Source: a candidate division WWE3 bacterium RIFCSPHIGHO2_01_FULL_40_23 (GTDB lineage Bacteria; Patescibacteriota; WWE3; UBA101185; 2-01-FULL-41-18). From it: a DNA stretch of 64,000 nt. The position numbers and the translations under genes were made by a program. The first letter of the stretch is position 1, and every line of letters begins with the position of its first letter. Location of the stretch: NCBI GenBank assembly GCA_001772615.1, contig MEUZ01000003.1:109698-173697 (forward strand). The letters are read 5' to 3'. Positions 52,882 through 60,479 of this stretch are shown here, piece by piece. A model generated the notes under the pieces. That model was given only the letters and a program-made list of their open reading frames with translations. It was not told the DNA's origin and did no database searches.

Positions 52882-53616
52882 ATGCTGACCAAAGCACAAC
52901 TTCAAAGCAACTTAAATAAAAATCCAATGGTCCTTAGACGACTAAGAACCTTAAAACTGGCGGAAGGGATCAATCCTAAATTCCGCACTCCCCATATTGT
53001 AGGTGGTTACCTTAGGAATATATTGCTAGGACATGAGCCAAAAGACTGTGATGTTGTATTTCAGGGCTATCAGCTAAACCAACCGGGTATTTTAGAAGCG
53101 GTAAGAGAGGCTGAAAGAAGACTAAAAATTGACTCCTACCCAAATTGGGACTTTGAAAATGTTCTGGCAACAGGTGTTACAAATGATTTTTATGAAAATA
53201 CTATTGGAAGATACTCACACCACACTGACTACTTGACACTTTTACTTATAGACACAAGCGGTACGTTATACCTGGGGGATAATAAAACACTTTCGGGTCT
53301 TGAAGGGAGAACTTTTGATTTGCGTTTTCCCGGAGTAGAAATTTGGGTAAACCACCGCGCAAAAGGAAAAAGCTATGTTTACTGCCTAATAGGAGATTTA
53401 ATAAGAGGATTGTATCTTGGGCAGCTTCTTAACCTTAAATACTCACTAATAGCGGAATTCTTATTGAGTTATTTTGACGTTTTCTTTAAAAGTTTAAGCC
53501 CGGAAGATCAACAGACAAGACAAGCCTTTTGGATGAAAAAGACGGGATGTGACCCTAAGTATCAACATATCCTTGACCGCTTCGGAGTGAAATCTTTGAA
53601 AGCAACCGCTTCATAA
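52882..53616 (+). CDS. Divergent, short class II nucleotidyltransferase (PolyA_pol/CCA head-like)
   Basis: IVGGYLRNILLGHEPKDCDVV; TATAAT 7 nt upstream. Confidence 0.65.
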   Translation: MLTKAQLQSNLNKNPMVLRRLRTLKLAEGINPKFRTPHIVGGYLRNILLGHEPKDCDVVFQGYQLNQPGILEAVREAERRLKIDSYPNWDFENVLATGVTNDFYENTIGRYSHHTDYLTLLLIDTSGTLYLGDNKTLSGLEGRTFDLRFPGVEIWVNHRAKGKSYVYCLIGDLIRGLYLGQLLNLKYSLIAEFLLSYFDVFFKSLSPEDQQTRQAFWMKKTGCDPKYQHILDRFGVKSLKATAS

Positions 53617-53843
53617 GCTGTGATTAGAAACTACTTGACCTCTGAGCCAAATAATCACTCTTTTGTATATAGTTTCAGTTTTAGGGAATTCAAATTATAA
53701 TAAATACCATAAATAAACAAATTATAGGCATAAATCTAGAAGAAGGACTAATTAAGAAAAAGGGAAGTTTTAAATATGGCCTAGCGTTCATATTTTCAAC
53801 CTTCATATGGACCTATTTTTTTATTAATACATTCATCCTAAAT

Positions 53844-54995
53844 TTGGATTATTTCCTTTTAAATAGGGTCGATCCTGATTTGATCACGTTGCTAAACTAC
53901 AAATTTATCCTGACACTTTTACTATTCTCCATATTTCTGTTGCTTATCAATACAAGTATTTTTCCTTACATGTTGCACATCTTGATTTTCTCATTAATAC
54001 TACCCATTTACATTATTCTTATGTTTTGGAAATCGAAAAACTGGCTACTAACTTTTTCAATTGTTGATAATTTAATTGAGGGTTTAACACACTTTAAAAG
54101 AAAATTTATATTAGTAACCTTGTTGATTATGTCAACGGTAGTAATATTTAACTTCGAAAGTGCGGTATTACTATACGCTACCAGTTTATTCTTATTAATC
54201 TATTTACTAATAACATACTTCATTGCTTTTACTAAACCTTTTAAAAAATCAATATTATTTGAATCATTTTCTAACTTATCCATTAAACTTACCAAATCAT
54301 CCTTCACTAAGAGACTTATAGAAATTAATGAAGAATTAAGAGGCAAAGAACTTAACACATTCAACCAAACCCAAGAAATACTATATGCAAACAACCTCCA
54401 ATTAGCTGTGATCGCTCATAGAGGTATGTATTTTATAGCAAACAAATTATCAATGTATAAAAAGAGTAGAATTTACCTTTACCATATTTCAATAAATATT
54501 ATATTTCTCTTTTTATTTTCTGCTTTTATTTTTAGCCTTATAAATTTTGCGTTATATAAGATTAGCTCTAGCAATTTCGCCTACTCTGGTACTTTTGGTT
54601 GGTTTGACTTTTTATACTACAGCTCTTTTGCAATGTTTTCAGGTGGTTCTGAAAATCTTTCTCCAGTATCCATCTTATCCAAAGTAATAAAAATGATAAT
54701 GTTAGTATCTGCAGGTATTATCATTTTAACTATAATTCTTAATGTTTCCTTCCTAGTAAAAGGTGAGAAGTATAAAGAAGATATTGACGAATTAGCTGAA
54801 ACTTTAAAGAAAAACAGTGAATATTTTCAAAATTTTATATCTGAAGAATATAACTTATCAATTTTTCAGGCAATAGAAATACTGCATAAGCTGAAATCCG
54901 GTTTTATTACCCTTATATTCATGCTTTCTCAGGACATACCAGGAATAGAAAATTTAAGGTCAGAAGATGAATCAAAGAAAGACAACAATAAGTAA
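53844..54995 (+). CDS. Polytopic membrane protein with Ion_trans_2-like pore segment
   Basis: WFDFLYYSSFAMFSGGSENLSPVS..SK; low GC; reading frame is open further upstream to about 53685. Confidence 0.6.
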   Translation: MDYFLLNRVDPDLITLLNYKFILTLLLFSIFLLLINTSIFPYMLHILIFSLILPIYIILMFWKSKNWLLTFSIVDNLIEGLTHFKRKFILVTLLIMSTVVIFNFESAVLLYATSLFLLIYLLITYFIAFTKPFKKSILFESFSNLSIKLTKSSFTKRLIEINEELRGKELNTFNQTQEILYANNLQLAVIAHRGMYFIANKLSMYKKSRIYLYHISINIIFLFLFSAFIFSLINFALYKISSSNFAYSGTFGWFDFLYYSSFAMFSGGSENLSPVSILSKVIKMIMLVSAGIIILTIILNVSFLVKGEKYKEDIDELAETLKKNSEYFQNFISEEYNLSIFQAIEILHKLKSGFITLIFMLSQDIPGIENLRSEDESKKDNNK

Positions 54996-55079
54996 TATTA
55001 ACATGTCAAATTAAAAATTTCTCTTCTGCTCTTGTATTTTCTTAGTTGAGCCTTCTCTCAGAAACCCGCGAGAATAAGT

Positions 55080-55115
55080 TGGTGACCCCCCTCAGAGACG
55101 TATTTCGAACACCTT
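55080..55115. repeat. att-like core, copy A (tRNA-Glu 3'-like TGGTGAC...TTCGAA)
   Basis: TGGTGAC plus GACGTATTTCGAACACCTT, which is identical to 56145-56163. Confidence 0.75.
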
Positions 55116-55193
55116 TGCAAGAACCTAGTTCACACATACGAATGTTTAAAAGAGGCATACTTTACGAATTATTACAAAAAAAGTGAGTGAAAA

Positions 55194-55409
55194 CTATTCT
55201 ATATCAAACATATAAGAACATATCAACCTCGCGCTAACGCCAGAGGGAAGATTTACACTTGATCCGCCACACTTGTTAAAATTCCCACCTCTTACAAAAC
55301 AATCTAATTTATATAGAGTGGTTTTTGTCAGACCACCACTAGTACCATAATATACATTTCCCAGAGAATATAGCCATACCCTTAATCCAATCAAAAACAA
55401 AACGACCAA
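55194..55409 (-). CDS. Small membrane/secreted Cys-containing protein (start uncertain)
   Basis: N-terminal TM, three Cys; frame open from 55448. Confidence 0.45.
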   Translation of the reverse strand: MVVLFLIGLRVWLYSLGNVYYGTSGGLTKTTLYKLDCFVRGGNFNKCGGSSVNLPSGVSARLICSYMFDIE

Positions 55410-55448
55410 AGATATCCAGATTAATGGTTTTTTAGCATATTTTATTTT

Positions 55449-55628
55449 CTAGAAATATATGGACTGCTCCTTTAATTCAGAATCCCAGAACCATTTACAG
55501 ACGTCATAATTGCCTGTCCGCTCATTAAATCTGCATCTTCTTAGAAGTGAATTGTTATTTCCAAATATAGGAACTAAACTCAAAAGCAGTAAGATGACAA
55601 GAATCAACAATATAACTAAATACTTCAT
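55449..55628 (-). CDS. Small secreted protein (59 aa, absent from ORF track)
   Basis: MKYLVILLILVILLLLSLVPIFG...CRF...CKW; ATGA overlap with the upstream gene. Confidence 0.6.
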   Translation of the reverse strand: MKYLVILLILVILLLLSLVPIFGNNNSLLRRCRFNERTGNYDVCKWFWDSELKEQSIYF

Positions 55629-55936
55629 AATTTAATCTTTTTATTCCTTAAAACAATACTAACATTAACTAGTACTAAAGAGATTACAAACCAGAATACT
55701 AGATCAATGATCAGATTTTTTCGATCGATGGCTGTACCTCCAGGAGTTAAAATCCTTCCTTCGGAATCATGCATTAATACACCGCCCCCTCGGACAATAT
55801 AGTAGGTGAGAGGAAGCCCTTTTTTACCTGTGCATCCTGCCAAGCAGTCAATCGGGGGTTGAGTGTAAAATGATGGATAAACAAAAATTAACGAAAGAAT
55901 AATAAATAGAGATATTGAGATAAGTATCTTCTTCAC
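55625..55936 (-). CDS. Small 2-TM membrane protein
   Basis: TM-CxxGC-GLP-TM(NLIIDLVFWF); TAGAAT 7 nt before GTG. Confidence 0.7.
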   Translation of the reverse strand: MKKILISISLFIILSLIFVYPSFYTQPPIDCLAGCTGKKGLPLTYYIVRGGGVLMHDSEGRILTPGGTAIDRKNLIIDLVFWFVISLVLVNVSIVLRNKKIKL

Positions 55937-55992
55937 TAATTACATTCTAACACTCGGCTATTAACTAATAAATTACATTTCACAATAGGTAG

Positions 55993-56130
55993 TGGTAACC
56001 CAGAGGGAATTCGGTCACAACTCTCGCTTCGCTCGGTCGCGACCCCGCCTCCTTCGCTGACGCTCAGCCCGGCATTCGAACCCCTGCATGCTGATCTTAA
56101 AGTTTTTCCCTCTGCCAATGGACTACTTGC
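55993..56130 (-). pseudogene. Decayed tRNA copy (Glu-like 3' half) with a 65-nt insertion in the T-loop
   Basis: TGGTAACCCAGAGGGAATTCG[insert]AACCCCTG aligns with the tRNA-Glu 3' end; ATTCG directly repeated around the insert. Confidence 0.6.
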
Positions 56131-56163
56131 TGGTGACTCACAGTGACGTATTTCGAACACCTT
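56131..56163. repeat. att-like core, copy B
   Basis: TGGTGAC plus GACGTATTTCGAACACCTT. Confidence 0.75.
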
Positions 56164-56385
56164 ACCGGCAGCCTAATTCATACCTACGTAAAACTCCAGG
56201 AGCTCGGTTTTACCTACCATAATGTCAATATAGCCGTAATTGAAGACTATGGACAGGAGAATCCCCATGTTTAAGTCCTCTTTGTACGACGAGCTATAGT
56301 CTCTCAAAATATAATATCCACGGCCTCCCGAAAAGGTATATTCAAAACATATTTCTTTACGAGCAAGAAAAATTTTACCAAACCG

Positions 56386-57510
56386 TCAGTTTAAGTCGCC
56401 GCACCAGGCGAGAAATAGTGAATCTGATAAAGGTAAATGACGGATACCGATAGCAAGAGGACGGCCTAAACGTAGATTTTGGAGAGAAATATTCAGAATT
56501 GTTTCTGATTTTCCAGGGGCAGAATTGGTTTTAAGTCCGTTAATCACTTCTGTTAAGGGATACGCTACCAATCCAATGGCAAGGCAAGACCCCTTATAAA
56601 TATTTGCGGGTGGTTTTCCAGCCATAAAGTCTAATTGAATCACAATTTTTGTTTTTTCATTGCCTAGATCAGTAAGTGTCGCAATACTCACACCATTTCC
56701 TTCTCCGCTGTTTTGAGGGGTTAAGGGTATATAATATGTATCGTTTGTAAAAGTTTTCAAATTTTCAGCAACATATGGTGTTTGGGATATGTCAGGCGTT
56801 TCAGTTGAAGTAGTTGAAGTATTTGATCTCCACTGAAAAGTTCTCAATATTGTATCTGTTTCTTTAAAGAAATCAGCATAAAGACTGACGGGTGTCCAGC
56901 CCTCAACCTCTGCTTTTATTTGGTGTAAATAATTTATACAAATCTGTTTTTTGGTAATGTCAAGCAAGTCGCATCTGATCCTTTCGACGACAGGCTTGGA
57001 GAGTACAAAAGTGAGATCCTTATTTTTATCGGTAATAAGATCTATTGACGTGACTCTTTGACTTCCCACCACACTTGTGCGGCTTATTACATTGTTGTCC
57101 ATGTTGATCACCAACATGTCTTTTGATACTGGACCTTGATCCATGGAGGTTTCATCCACCCACGTGTCAGTTTTTGTATTATAGATTGATCGGGAAAGTT
57201 GACCAGAAAATTGTATATCTTCGATACCTTTAACGAGGGTAATTGTTGCAACGCTCAAATATTTTATGTCTGCCTCAGTAAATAATTTAGGGGTTATGAG
57301 AAATTTTTCTAGACATACTCCGTTAAATTTGTTATCGCAATCAGTTTTCGTAATAGAGAAACTGTTTGGCACCTGAAAAGAATAACCGTACGTATCGCTT
57401 CTATAAGTGTCGACAATTTGATTTTTACCCTGATTCAGTCCGGTCAAATAAATAATTCTAGCTATACATAACAATGCAAAAGCGCTGATAATTAAAATTA
57501 CTTTTTTCAT
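56386..57510 (-). CDS. Secreted/membrane-anchored protein: PsbP-like N-terminal region and CHRD/Cu-Zn-SOD-like C-terminal domain
   Basis: Likely start MKKVILII at 57510; YGYSFQVP; PANIYKGSC...YPLT...SET...CGDL. Confidence 0.6.
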   Translation of the reverse strand: MKKVILIISAFALLCIARIIYLTGLNQGKNQIVDTYRSDTYGYSFQVPNSFSITKTDCDNKFNGVCLEKFLITPKLFTEADIKYLSVATITLVKGIEDIQFSGQLSRSIYNTKTDTWVDETSMDQGPVSKDMLVINMDNNVISRTSVVGSQRVTSIDLITDKNKDLTFVLSKPVVERIRCDLLDITKKQICINYLHQIKAEVEGWTPVSLYADFFKETDTILRTFQWRSNTSTTSTETPDISQTPYVAENLKTFTNDTYYIPLTPQNSGEGNGVSIATLTDLGNEKTKIVIQLDFMAGKPPANIYKGSCLAIGLVAYPLTEVINGLKTNSAPGKSETILNISLQNLRLGRPLAIGIRHLPLSDSLFLAWCGDLN

Positions 57511-57596
57511 ATTTCTAAGTTCGCTTATTAGCGGTTTGCTTCTTTGGTGCACTGGTGGGGGGAACAGCAACCCTACCTCTTTTGTGATTTCCAAAA

Positions 57597-57673
57597 TGGT
57601 GACCCTGGGGGGATTCGAACCCCCGGTCTTCGCCCTGAGAAGGCGACGTCCTAAACCGCTAGACGACAGGGCC
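57597..57673 (-). tRNA. tRNA-Glu (CTC)
   Basis: GGCCCTG/CAGGGTC acceptor stem, TCGCC-TTCTCAG-GGCGA anticodon arm, GGTTCGAATCC, encoded CCA. Confidence 0.97.
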
Positions 57674-57696
57674 ACAAAACCCACTTCTGCTTCATG

Positions 57697-57735
57697 GGAT
57701 CCCCACTTTCGTGGGGATGACGGTGCGACCGTCAT
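57697..57735. repeat. REP-like palindrome and hairpin in the tRNA-Glu leader
   Basis: GGATCCCCAC-TTTC-GTGGGGATGAC, overlapping ATGACGGT-gcg-ACCGTCAT. Confidence 0.65.
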
Positions 57736-57773
57736 TTTTGCATTATACCATCAGGAATAATATACTTTAGAAA

Positions 57774-58211
57774 ATGGGAAATCTTACACCTGCCAAAATT
57801 AAACTATCCGCGGTACTACTCGTAGTAGCCGTTGTTTCCATTTTATCTGTTTACAACTTTCAAAAATTTAAACCAAACGTCTCAAGCGCACGAAGAGCCA
57901 AGGAAGGGGAACAAGCAGGTATCCACCTTCCTTCGGACCTTCCAATACCTTTGAATTCCAAAGAATTAAGCACTGTCCAAAGTACTGACAATATCCAGAT
58001 GAATCTTGAATCAGAAGAAAAATCCGAAAGCATTTACAACTTTTACAAAAACATCCTTCTTGATAAAGGCTGGAGTATAAAAAGCAATGCCGTTACGGAA
58101 AACGGATATGTCACAAACTATCAGAAAGACGAAAACGAACTGATAATTTCAATAACACGGGACAATTCAATTAATAAAAGCATAGTGGGGATTGAATTCT
58201 CCAAGGACTAA
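57774..58211 (+). CDS. Membrane-anchored hypothetical protein
   Basis: N-terminal TM, LPSDLP, IYNFYK..L.DKGW. Confidence 0.75.
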   Translation: MGNLTPAKIKLSAVLLVVAVVSILSVYNFQKFKPNVSSARRAKEGEQAGIHLPSDLPIPLNSKELSTVQSTDNIQMNLESEEKSESIYNFYKNILLDKGWSIKSNAVTENGYVTNYQKDENELIISITRDNSINKSIVGIEFSKD

Positions 58212-59969
58212 TTACTCTTTAGTTCCCTTCTTATATACTGCCCTCCACGGCTGGTACCTGCTCACAAAAGTATCTTTATATAAAACCTCCTCGCCTTTTT
58301 TAACAGTCCTTTCAAAGGAAACATTAGCTCCCCAGGCCGCCCAATCAACCTGGACCACCTTTCCCTTTTGAAGCGTTGGATCATCCTCATAAACCGCTTC
58401 CGGAGGCGCAACAACATTGGTTACAACAGGTTTGGTTAACTCAACAGTTCTCCCATCAGGAGTCCCATAAATCTTAAACCTTAACATAACCTTATCAAGA
58501 TCCCAATCAGCCTGAACAAGAAGGTATCCCGGAGTATCATTTCTAAACTGAAAATCTACCGAAGGTGAAAAAACCGTAGCATCAAGACCTACATCCGAAT
58601 TCTCCTCATAATAATGCACTCTGTAAGCGTGAGCAGTTCTTTTAACAATCGGAAGCCCGGCGTTTAGCACGGCCCTAAAAAGTGTGGTTGAAACCTGGCA
58701 GACACCCCCGCCCTCGCCAAGAACCGTCCTTCCGTTTTCTATAATATAGGCCTGATCATACCCTGTTTTATAACTTATCTCCCCAACGGACTTGTTAAAA
58801 GAATACGTATCTCCAGGAGCAACAAGAACACCACTTGACCTCCCCGCAGCAAGGGTTAAATTCTTAATCCTTCCGGGAATTGAGCCACTAAAGTAAGAAA
58901 CACCCTCACCTAATAAAGCGTAAATGCCATATTTATTCGTATCTGAAGGTGCTTTACTTGGATTAACCAAAAGAACCACTTCCTTGACATCCGATTTCAA
59001 AGCTTTAGAAAAATCTTTCTTAAACTGCTCCTTATCCATGGATCTGCCATCGCTTTTTGGCCTGAATTCAACCACCCTTTCGCCATCGGTTCTAAACACC
59101 TCACCCCTTGGTTCAACGTCAACTTCCTCTGAAAGATCACCGGAAAGCTTGTTTAATGCGGTTTTATCGGTTCCCACAACCACCTTTCCGTCTTCTTTTT
59201 TATATGAAAGCATGCTTAAAATATCCTGTTTGGAAAATGTCCAAACTTTATCTTCAAACTTAACCCGCGGAGAACTGCCTATGATCCTTTCAACTTCGCT
59301 CTTCACCAAAAGGAGATCCGCCTCCCCATTTTTTGGAACGACTCTTTTAACTGGTAGCTTATAACTTTGGGATGAAAAATTATCAATAGAATTAAGAATC
59401 TTAGAATTTAAAACTTCTTTTTCAAGTTTTTTTCCCTCGGATGCTTTGGTGATAATAAGCTCCCCATTATTTGCGAGCACAAAGGTAGGCTCTTCAGACT
59501 GAATATTTACCGTCCCCTCTATTGAAGAAATAAACTGACCCAGCTTATTGTCATTGTAATAATAAATCGGCGGAAGCCTAATGCCTTTAACAAAAGCCGC
59601 CAGCTTGTCTTTTGAATCCACAATAAAACTTCCTGTTCTTCCAAGATTAAAAAGCTTTTCAACCGTTTCTTTCACTTCGTAATTTAAATCTATGTCTGAA
59701 GAAGTTAGATCAAACTCTTTTCCTTCATATGTAAAATTCAAGAGGAGATCTTTCTCGGAAAGTTCTTTTCTTAAAGCTTCATAAGCTTGCGAGGAAGTTT
59801 TGCCCCCCATCTTTAAATTTCCTATTTTAACACCGGGAATTATTCTTTGAGCATAAAAAAAATGATAAAGGATGAAGAAAAAAGTAACAGTAAAAAAAAC
59901 AACCGCAAACGGTTTAGCTAGTTTTTTTCTGAAAAAATTATGAGTTTGATGCCAAAGTCTTTTCATCAC
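58212..59969 (-). CDS. VanW family protein with PG_binding_4 repeats
   Basis: R..NL, PGDTYSFN, GGGVCQVSTT, GLDATV, DFQFRNDT. Confidence 0.93.
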   Translation of the reverse strand: MMKRLWHQTHNFFRKKLAKPFAVVFFTVTFFFILYHFFYAQRIIPGVKIGNLKMGGKTSSQAYEALRKELSEKDLLLNFTYEGKEFDLTSSDIDLNYEVKETVEKLFNLGRTGSFIVDSKDKLAAFVKGIRLPPIYYYNDNKLGQFISSIEGTVNIQSEEPTFVLANNGELIITKASEGKKLEKEVLNSKILNSIDNFSSQSYKLPVKRVVPKNGEADLLLVKSEVERIIGSSPRVKFEDKVWTFSKQDILSMLSYKKEDGKVVVGTDKTALNKLSGDLSEEVDVEPRGEVFRTDGERVVEFRPKSDGRSMDKEQFKKDFSKALKSDVKEVVLLVNPSKAPSDTNKYGIYALLGEGVSYFSGSIPGRIKNLTLAAGRSSGVLVAPGDTYSFNKSVGEISYKTGYDQAYIIENGRTVLGEGGGVCQVSTTLFRAVLNAGLPIVKRTAHAYRVHYYEENSDVGLDATVFSPSVDFQFRNDTPGYLLVQADWDLDKVMLRFKIYGTPDGRTVELTKPVVTNVVAPPEAVYEDDPTLQKGKVVQVDWAAWGANVSFERTVKKGEEVLYKDTFVSRYQPWRAVYKKGTKE

Positions 59970-60475
59970 TGGTTTTTAATCAAAAAAGATGATGCCGCTT
60001 TATCCATATCCAAAAAATCATCGGCTTGCTCCACTAATTTTCCTGATGTGTTCCTTCCAAACCCGATAACTTCAGTCCTTACTCCCCTGCTTTTTGCATA
60101 GTCCAAAAGGTCGGCATAATCACCGTCTCCAGAGACTAAAACCATAACATCAACTTTATCCATAAGCCTTATTGCATCCATACAAAGCCCCACGTCCCAG
60201 TCTCCCTTTTTAGCCCCACCGTAAAAAACCTGAAGCTCCTTAGCCCTGACCTCAAAACCCTGTAAAGACAATGCTTCAAAGAAATCTTTTTCAGCTCCAA
60301 CATCCGCCTTTATTACATAAGCAAATGCCCTTATTAACATTCTTCTTGAAACCGCTGTCTTTAATACACGGCTGAAATCAACCTTGGATTGATGCAAATT
60401 TTTGGCGCTGTAGTACATGTTTGAGACGTCCACAAAAACGCCAACCCTTTGCTCTTTATGTCTATGAGATTGCAT
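59966..60475 (-). CDS. NYN domain protein (LabA/DUF88 PIN-like nuclease)
   Basis: VFVDVSN, KGDWDV, LVSGDGDY, ADDF. Confidence 0.92.
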   Translation of the reverse strand: MQSHRHKEQRVGVFVDVSNMYYSAKNLHQSKVDFSRVLKTAVSRRMLIRAFAYVIKADVGAEKDFFEALSLQGFEVRAKELQVFYGGAKKGDWDVGLCMDAIRLMDKVDVMVLVSGDGDYADLLDYAKSRGVRTEVIGFGRNTSGKLVEQADDFLDMDKAASSFLIKNQ

Positions 60476-60479
60476 AAAG

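Noticed and set aside
56090-56110. Possible TTA-anticodon (ochre suppressor) loop in the decayed tRNA copy
   Set aside because: The flanking anticodon stem and the acceptor 5' strand do not pair; not a functional tRNA.
55936-56160. 74-aa ORF spanning the att cores and insert
   Set aside because: It is a translation of the decayed tRNA and palindromic insert, with no protein-like features.
55080-56163. 19-nt direct repeat considered as a CRISPR repeat
   Set aside because: Only two copies about 1 kb apart, and no cas genes; better explained as att cores.
57511-57735. N-terminal extension of ORF 56386..57735 through tRNA-Glu
   Set aside because: It overlaps a bona fide tRNA on the same strand; the signal-peptide start at 57510 is far more plausible.
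59966-60475. NYN nuclease as a defence or toxin gene of the integrated element
   Set aside because: It lies on the host side of tRNA-Gln, is coupled to vanW and has its own leaderless promoter; LabA/DUF88 genes are common chromosomal genes.
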